A stretch of DNA of 64,000 bases from Minutocellus sp. GHC0000111. Its lineage: Eukaryota. This document shows positions 57,449 to 64,000 of this stretch, piece by piece. Below the pieces are notes generated by a model, which was given only the letters and a program-made list of their open reading frames with translations, had not been told where the DNA came from and searched no databases. Position numbers and translations under genes: made by a program. Position 1 is the first letter of the stretch. Each line of letters begins with the position of its first letter. Where the stretch lies: contig OZ361256.1 in the NCBI GenBank assembly GCA_977018835.1, forward strand, positions 3,906,001 to 3,970,000, in the 5' to 3' direction.

Positions 57449-58476
57449 TGGACAACTCCATTTCGAATCTCGCGTGGTCGGACAAGTATCCAGCTGATTC
57501 AATCGAGGAAAGTCCTAGTGATGCGGACACGGTCAAAATTAGGGTGATCCCGACGTATACTTCGGGTGGTTCTAGCACCGAGGTCGCCTTTTGTCACGTT
57601 GTCCCACCAAAGACTTACTTCTGTCGCCGAAGTGTTCTCGGAGACGAATCTTGGGAGCGTTCTGCGATGTACTTTATCACCATTCTCAATTCCTCCTTCG
57701 CAGAGGCATCGGACTCTTTTATCAAGCTCCATTTGCATCCAGATGCTGCGGCAGTCTTTCCAATTCTTTTGGATGGTATCTACTATGGCAAATGCGAAAC
57801 CTCACCTGAAAACATCTGTGCATTTCTGAATTTGTGCAAATACTTGCGCTTCCGGTGGGGAAATGACACGGCCCTGGCCAACCTGCATTATGTCCTTTGC
57901 CAGTGCCTTGAGCAGGACAACCCTATTGAGATCTGCAGCAATTTGATGGTTGGGTGCTTTGTGAATGGCATGGAAAATGCGCTGGGTGCGATCTTGGGAT
58001 GCCATCTAAAATTCATTATGAAGTACTATGAAGAGGAGGATACGTGGGAAACCGAACCGAATCCGTACACTTACTTCAACTCTTACAGCCTCGATTTATT
58101 CGTGCCTTTGATGAAGAGTCTCCCCATCAAGTGGCTCCCGTGGAACAGTAAGGTTGTCATCTCTTACGTGAAAAATTCCCGAGAAGTTGAATTGGATAGC
58201 TTCCTAGAGCTGACCGGGGAGGAAGTTCTGGAAGATATCCATCGTACCGCAGCGATTGGGCTCCTCAAATGTGCTCTGTTGAAAAGATCTGACGGAGAGG
58301 AGGATAAGGAAAAGACTCACAAAGATTTGTGTGAGCTGATAGAGCGCTGCATCGAATCGATCGATAGCGAGCACAAGGCACTCGTTAGAATTGCAGCTAA
58401 AGATAAGGAAATCTCCGCCGTTGCCGCGCTGAAATTGTTGGGCGAGCTCGAGGAGAAGATATGCTCCCATTGGTGA
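57448..58476 (+). CDS. BTB/POZ-domain protein
   Basis: LAW...ESPSD..KIRV...KTYFCRRSVL...RSAMYF...FAEA...IKL.L...AAAVFPILLDGIY...NICAFLNLCKYL. Confidence 0.7.
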   Translation: MDNSISNLAWSDKYPADSIEESPSDADTVKIRVIPTYTSGGSSTEVAFCHVVPPKTYFCRRSVLGDESWERSAMYFITILNSSFAEASDSFIKLHLHPDAAAVFPILLDGIYYGKCETSPENICAFLNLCKYLRFRWGNDTALANLHYVLCQCLEQDNPIEICSNLMVGCFVNGMENALGAILGCHLKFIMKYYEEEDTWETEPNPYTYFNSYSLDLFVPLMKSLPIKWLPWNSKVVISYVKNSREVELDSFLELTGEEVLEDIHRTAAIGLLKCALLKRSDGEEDKEKTHKDLCELIERCIESIDSEHKALVRIAAKDKEISAVAALKLLGELEEKICSHW

Positions 58477-58658
58477 AAAGAATTACAATACTTCAATACT
58501 ATTTGATAGAGAGCTATAAATTATGGGAAAATAACACGCAAAATATCAATATACAAACGCATCACAAAAAATCAAATAGAAGTCAGCAAAGACATGCTTT
58601 GTCTTTCGGATGATGGGACTTGCATAATAATCGGGATGCAATACCGACTGCAATACAT

Positions 58659-59693
58659 TTATACGTCGGTTGCAAGGGCTGCTCTGGACCGATTCCTCCT
58701 CAGCCGAGCTCGAGCACCACTTGTGGAACCAGACCTCACAGATTCAGTCATGAGGTTGCGCCGACTGTGGTTGCTTTTTACGCCACTATTCAGTAGGGCG
58801 TCGGCTTCTCCTCCTGATGGTACAGTGATGAGACCCTTTTTGTCGGGAGTTGCAATCACACCACCTGTTCCTGAACCAGCATTGGCTACACTGTCATAAG
58901 AGCCACGGAACAAACTGACCTCGTCATCGCTCTCTCCGGGCTCATAATCATGATCCTCTTCGTCCTCGGGTTCTCTCAACCTCGGACCAAATCGTAGCAA
59001 AAGCATCATAATGGAAGTACAGAACAAGGCAGCGAAAAACAGATCGCCACCACATGCGATTCCTACCGCGGCTGACAACCACACAGAAGCCGCAGTGGTA
59101 AGGCCATGTACAACATGGCTGGTCTCGCCGTGTTCATCTGTCTGATCCTTTTTGAATATTAACCCCGCACCGAGGAAACCGACTCCGCTGGGAATTGCAG
59201 CAGATACACGTGAGGCATCCCATGCCATTGGACCGTTGAGGAAGGCGAATGCAGAATTGATTGTGAATAGGCAGGAACCCAGCGACACCAAAGACATCGT
59301 TCTAATACCAGCCGGCCGGTCGGCCTCCCTACGCTCCCATCCGATAATTCCTCCGAGCAAAACCGATGCCAAGAGCCTGCGACCGAAGGAGCATTCCTCG
59401 ACCATCATCCAAAGCAGACATGCAAAACGCATCTGTCGACACGGATTCGGGTCGTATGCCGGATTCTCGTACGGAGACTTGCCCGTCGTGGTGTCCTCGC
59501 ACGGGAGCGTTATCCAAGGTTGAAACAGGGCGACGAGGCTTGTGGAAATGACGAATGCAGCCGCTAGGAAATATACCGATCCCTTCCGATTTGTGTAATC
59601 GGTGAAGTACTGCTCACATCGACGACGGTTGTCGTCATGGTCCTTCTTCGTTGGGTACATTGATTGGCCGAGACCTCCCGATGTATTCCTCAT
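58659..59693 (-). CDS. MgtC/SapB-family membrane protein
   Basis: LGGIIGWERREADRPAGIRTMSLVSLGSCLFT, DASRVSAAIPSGVGFLGAGLI, VHGLTTAASVWLSAAVGIACG. Start uncertain (59693 or further upstream). Confidence 0.88.
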   Translation of the reverse strand: MRNTSGGLGQSMYPTKKDHDDNRRRCEQYFTDYTNRKGSVYFLAAAFVISTSLVALFQPWITLPCEDTTTGKSPYENPAYDPNPCRQMRFACLLWMMVEECSFGRRLLASVLLGGIIGWERREADRPAGIRTMSLVSLGSCLFTINSAFAFLNGPMAWDASRVSAAIPSGVGFLGAGLIFKKDQTDEHGETSHVVHGLTTAASVWLSAAVGIACGGDLFFAALFCTSIMMLLLRFGPRLREPEDEEDHDYEPGESDDEVSLFRGSYDSVANAGSGTGGVIATPDKKGLITVPSGGEADALLNSGVKSNHSRRNLMTESVRSGSTSGARARLRRNRSRAALATDV

Positions 59694-59926
59694 CTTGGAT
59701 TCCCCGATCGAATCTCTCGGGGCCACAGTCGATACGAATAATGAAGGCGATTTGCGGGCGAACGCAGACGACGTGTTGGCGCGCGGGGCGAATCCATTGA
59801 AATGCGTGGCGAGGCTGGCTCGCGAAACCGCGCCAACTGAAAAAACCACTCGCCCAAACCACCGGCACCACCTCATCACTCTTTTCGAGCTTTCTCTGCG
59901 TTGGTCATCAGCTCGTCGCTAGCGCA

Positions 59927-60712
59927 ATGTTCATACCTCCCAACCCATCAGTCAACCAGCAATCGGTGAATCAAAATCGTCGGCCGGCCTATTCCAGGCA
60001 AGCGCCGATTGATTCACTGAGCTTCCTGCCAAAGGACATGCATTCGAGCTCCTCGCTCAGCTCTACATTCGTCATCAGTGATGCTGTTGCTGCTACCGAC
60101 GCATACGCATTTGACGAAGTATTATCAACATCAGATATTGTGGTTGGCGCAATTCTGGCCTTCTCTTTGGCATTTGGCTGGTCCTTTCTCAACGGCCAAA
60201 GTTCTTCGTCTAATTTCATCTCATGGAGGTCACAACTTGATGGCAGCAATAGGGACACTGCCGAGGCAAGCACATCAGGGATAGTGGATAGTGACATTAC
60301 GCAAAGGTCCGACAGAGAGGAAAGAAATGGATATGGTGTTGATGATGACAGTGCTGAAAGTGACATAAGTACACCGAAAGTCTTCAATGCAGACAATTGG
60401 AAGGAAATGAGTCGAGAAGAGAATTACGTCCTGTACAATACCCGAGTAAGAGCAGTAAGAGACAGTGGTCGAGAAAGAAAAGCTAATCGAGATGCTGTAA
60501 CGACCAAAGGTGACACCGAAGGCGATGTTGAAATAGTATCAGGCGTTCGCAGTGAAAAGAAATGGGTATTAGTGGCATTGCTGGTGCTGTTTGTTCCCAT
60601 TTTCTCGGTCGAATTTTTCTTTGCTTTGTCCAGACAATTCATGTGTGGTGGAGATCCCCTGAATCAGTCAGAATGGGCACAAATATTATGTTCGCCTTAC
60701 AGAGGTTCCTAA
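59927..60712 (+). CDS. Two-TM hypothetical protein
   Basis: DIVVGAILAFSLAFGWSFL and WVLVALLVLFVPIFSVEFFFALSRQFMC. 261-aa ORF; start uncertain. Confidence 0.65.
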   Translation: MFIPPNPSVNQQSVNQNRRPAYSRQAPIDSLSFLPKDMHSSSSLSSTFVISDAVAATDAYAFDEVLSTSDIVVGAILAFSLAFGWSFLNGQSSSSNFISWRSQLDGSNRDTAEASTSGIVDSDITQRSDREERNGYGVDDDSAESDISTPKVFNADNWKEMSREENYVLYNTRVRAVRDSGRERKANRDAVTTKGDTEGDVEIVSGVRSEKKWVLVALLVLFVPIFSVEFFFALSRQFMCGGDPLNQSEWAQILCSPYRGS

Positions 60713-60978
60713 ACAAATGGAGGAATTGCTTTTGTGAATTGTGTTTAAAATAAGCTGTGCACGCAGGAGCAGTGAGCGCGGCGGCGGCAACTCTCGTCCA
60801 GCTACGATGTACGTACGTAGCTTCTCGCGAGCATCTTGTGCTACTTCGCCGAGCCGTCAGTTCAGTCAGTCACTCGGCGGCTGCCTGGTCTCATTCCACG
60901 ATTTCCAACAAACTCAAACTAAAATGAAAGTAAGAGTGCCAAGAGTATGCTATGAACTATCGGCACAAACAGGAAAGT

Positions 60979-63900
60979 ATGATTAGCATTAACACCCACG
61001 AGCGGCGGCGTCGGCGTCAGCGTCAATGCTCCTCTCGGTCATCGGTTCTCCAGCAGATCACTGTCATCGTCTCCGCCTTTCTGCTCATATTGACCACCGT
61101 GGAGGCATCGCTTGGAGGAGATAGAAAAAATGCACCCCACGATGCGTTCCCAAATAATGGCAACGGACTGCAACAACAAGATTCATTGATTGATGTGAAA
61201 GAGCCATTCCGTACAGCTGCATCATCCACTCAGTCTACTGGTACAACGGGCGATCAAGATGATGATGTCAATGTCTACTTTCGGCGAACGCAGACAGCCA
61301 TATCAAGTGTGCAAGTATTCACGTTGAAGCTTGCATTTCGGATGCTCTACTTAGATAAGGCCACTACCGATGTGCTGAGCAAGGGACGTCAAAGCGACCC
61401 CATTGTTCATCGGCTGTGCAGTGCCGTCAACATACAGGTGAGTTGAGATTTGGGAATCGTATCCATCCAGGGAAAGTAGAGGCGTGCTCGGAGTTTGAAC
61501 TTTGCACTGTTTGTCTCTTTTTACAAGGTTACGTACAACATAGCAAAGATATGTGAAGAGTATTTCTTGCCAAAGCCCGTTTACTACAAGAGGCACAAGA
61601 GGTAGTGGAATGAATTGATAATTCCTGGTCATGATCTTTGAATATATCTGTTCTGTTGTTCACATGGGAAAATTTGATTTGGTACAGTCCTAGCTGATGG
61701 CTCATGCACTTGCCCAGGTCCTAGCTAGAACACAAAGTTGGGGGGGATATGCCATATATATGGGCTCATTTTGCTTTCCTTGTTGATAGAGGATGATATC
61801 AACTTCAAAGGGCCTCCGCATATCCGGTATTGTCTCCAAATCGTGTCCAGTTCTTGTAAACGAAGTTCGAGAAAGCAAGCCGTTTCGGTATTGCGTCATT
61901 TTTACATCATTTACTCATCCGATTTGCACTTTTCGCTGCCTACCTCCCTTTTCCTTGCACATTTATTTCCAAACAGAGTGGAGGCCTTGAAGCCACAACA
62001 TCTGCCAGCGAAGACAATTTGTTGCTATCTACACGTTCTAATTACGGCTTTCCACGAACTGGCTGCAGAATTCTCGATACGAACAGGATTTTCTATGACG
62101 ATGTTGGCGAAGCTGCCATCGCCATGGAGATTCTGTTGAGCCAAGAGGTTTCAGTGTCCATTTCTTCGGATGATTTGCCGGGCAATAATACTGCATCGGC
62201 GGTGGAACCTGGCCCTATATCGTATGATAGAGTGTATAAGCATGTATCTCGGGGCTTTAGTGGAGGTACCGGCGGCAGGAACAAGTTCAAAATGCTCCTG
62301 ATGGCTGAGGATGAAGAGACTGGACTTACAATCCTGCCGTTTCTAGAGCTCGAGGATGTCATGTTGATCAAGAGGCTTAGTAATCCAATACCTCGCCCAA
62401 CCCTTCCACCGTCGCGAGTTCCAACGAGATTGCCGGCCAATGCAATTGTAGAGACAAACCAGCCGTCTACTGTGGCACCAACCATGACACCAACGAAGAC
62501 ACCATCTTCCTCTCCCACATCTCCCACTGTGCCGTCGAGAAGCCCTCAGCAGCAAACAAAACCGCCGGGTGATAGCATCCTAACAAATTCGCCAACGGGT
62601 GGCTATGACCGGCCTCTCGCTCCAGGAAAGGGTGATATAAGTATCGATGAGTTCCCTTCGCCAGGCCCAGGTCCAGCCATTAATCGTGCTTCTTGACCAC
62701 AGGGCTCCGAAACTCAAGATGATATCATACCCATAGCCGTGGTCGCCGCAGCAGCTGGCGCTGTTGCCGGCATATTTGTCGTGGCCTTATTGTCGTTGTA
62801 CAGGTATCGGAAGGAATTACAGGAATATCAGAAGAGAGATCGAGATCGCACATGCAGCCAGTTCCCAGTTGCAACTGCTGTGCCGACCGAGATGAATAAA
62901 GAAAGAGGAAAGAAAGGTTGGGGTTCCATCAACCGCGCTCATGTTATTCCCAATGGGCCTCGTGCTCGTGAAAGTACGGCGCCAAAACAGCATCATGTTG
63001 GTGCCCGACCCCCTCCGATTCCAACCGTTGTCGTCAATGACGAGGAGCGATCGCTTGCAGAGTCTACACGTGGAGATCGCACTGCCGGTAGGAGACTTTG
63101 GTCAGTACCCCCGCCGCCTGTGCAGTTCCTTCAGAGCTCTTGGATTCCGGGAGAAGGTCGACGCGGGCGCGTACCAGCAGGTCCTGTATCTGGAGGGAGC
63201 GTCGCCATCAGTCAGATTTCTTCTTTGGGTGGTGGCACTATTGGAGCAGGTGGTGGGGCCGCCACAATTGGGGAATTCAGTCTCGAGGCTGCCATCAAGG
63301 AGGATGACACTAGTCGCTGCAATGACGATGATGGTAGTGGTGATCAATCTACCATCAATCGAGGTGAAGATATTTCCGCAAGGTTGGACGAAAGCATCGC
63401 CGATGGTGGTAATGATCATGGGTTTAGTGGTGGAAGTGGTGACCAGCGGCGATTGCCTGTGCCAAGCGAGAACTCTTCGTCCAAGGCAACAGCTGATGTA
63501 GCTTTACCTCCAATTAGTGAGGCCGCGAGCGGTGCCACTGCTCCGAGTAGCACCCCAAGTAGTTTGGTTGGAACAGCCTCCCTCTTTGAAGCGTCGACGC
63601 TGAGCTTGAGCGATGAGGCGACGGGTACTTCAGAGAGTTTCGCCACCAACAATGTCTCGGCCAATGCTTCGAACGTCACGCCTGATCACTACAAAGGGCA
63701 CCCTGAGCCTCCTTTAGATCTCACGCCACGGATATCGGGAGGTGGAGGTGGACCTTTCAAGTCACCACCGAATATTCTTATTGGTCAAGATGAACACAAT
63801 AATACCGAGAACAATGAAGAAGTGAGCATTTCCGATGATTTGAGCTATACGCTTCCTCAGACAATAACTCCGGAGAGGAAAAGGTCGGTGGTGTCAGAAT

Positions 63901-64000
63901 CCTCCTCGAGACCCTGGTCGCGTGCTTTCGCTGAAGGCACTGCTGCAGTCCTGTCGGCGTCGTTTAGATGCGCAGAGAATCTTATTCTGCCATCATCAGC
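60979..64000 (+). pseudogene. Type I membrane protein (signal peptide, PTxxPT stalk, single TM, long cytosolic tail running off the window) with an in-frame TGA at 62694-62696; probable intron 61438-61976
   Basis: CAG|GTGAGT donor and AAACAG acceptor are phase-compatible. AINRAS*PQGSETQDDIIPIAVVAAAAGAVAGIFVVALLSLYRYRK, and the frame appears to stay open to the window end. Confidence 0.6.

Noticed and set aside
38456..59693. Bacterial contamination or a recent HGT island (DUF445, GluRS, monooxygenase, MgtC)
   Set aside because: Interleaved with intron-containing eukaryotic genes, carrying eukaryotic leaders or introns, with no operon structure.
10299..62696. Alternative genetic code (stop-codon reassignment) explaining the in-frame stops
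   Set aside because: All three stop types occur, at most once per gene. Long genes (1505-aa oxidase, Cdc48, GluRS) have none, all three are used as true terminators, and frameshifts co-occur.

Overview
Gene-dense eukaryotic nuclear DNA, most likely a diatom. This rests on compact genes, short GT-AG introns with CTAAC branch sites, a signal-peptide-bearing SELMA-type Cdc48, and PTxxPT-rich surface proteins. About 28 protein-coding loci are present, including an LSD1-like amine oxidase with PHD and PDZ domains, a 3R-MYB, DED1/DDX3, Cdc48, CBF5, DCP1, WW-cyclin Y, organellar GluRS, PRPP synthetase, SWEET, a mitochondrial carrier, a G3BP-like protein, a BTB protein and MgtC. Three things stand out. 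(1) A 2.6-kb decayed DNA transposon (6343-8945) with CAC...GTG ends, a CGCG duplication and a Chapaev/Transib/RAG1-type transposase C-terminus. Its two terminal repeats differ by an 11-bp insert, so a shared CGGATGA block sits 23 vs 12 nt behind a CACAGC[C/A] heptamer, like the V(D)J 12/23 geometry. (2) About ten host genes carry single in-frame stops (TAG, TGA and TAA) or frameshifts, pointing to a decaying haplotype/duplicate or to consensus errors. (3) A 752-bp MITE with palindrome-array TIRs lies in the last intron of DED1. All calls are by eye; no searches were run.
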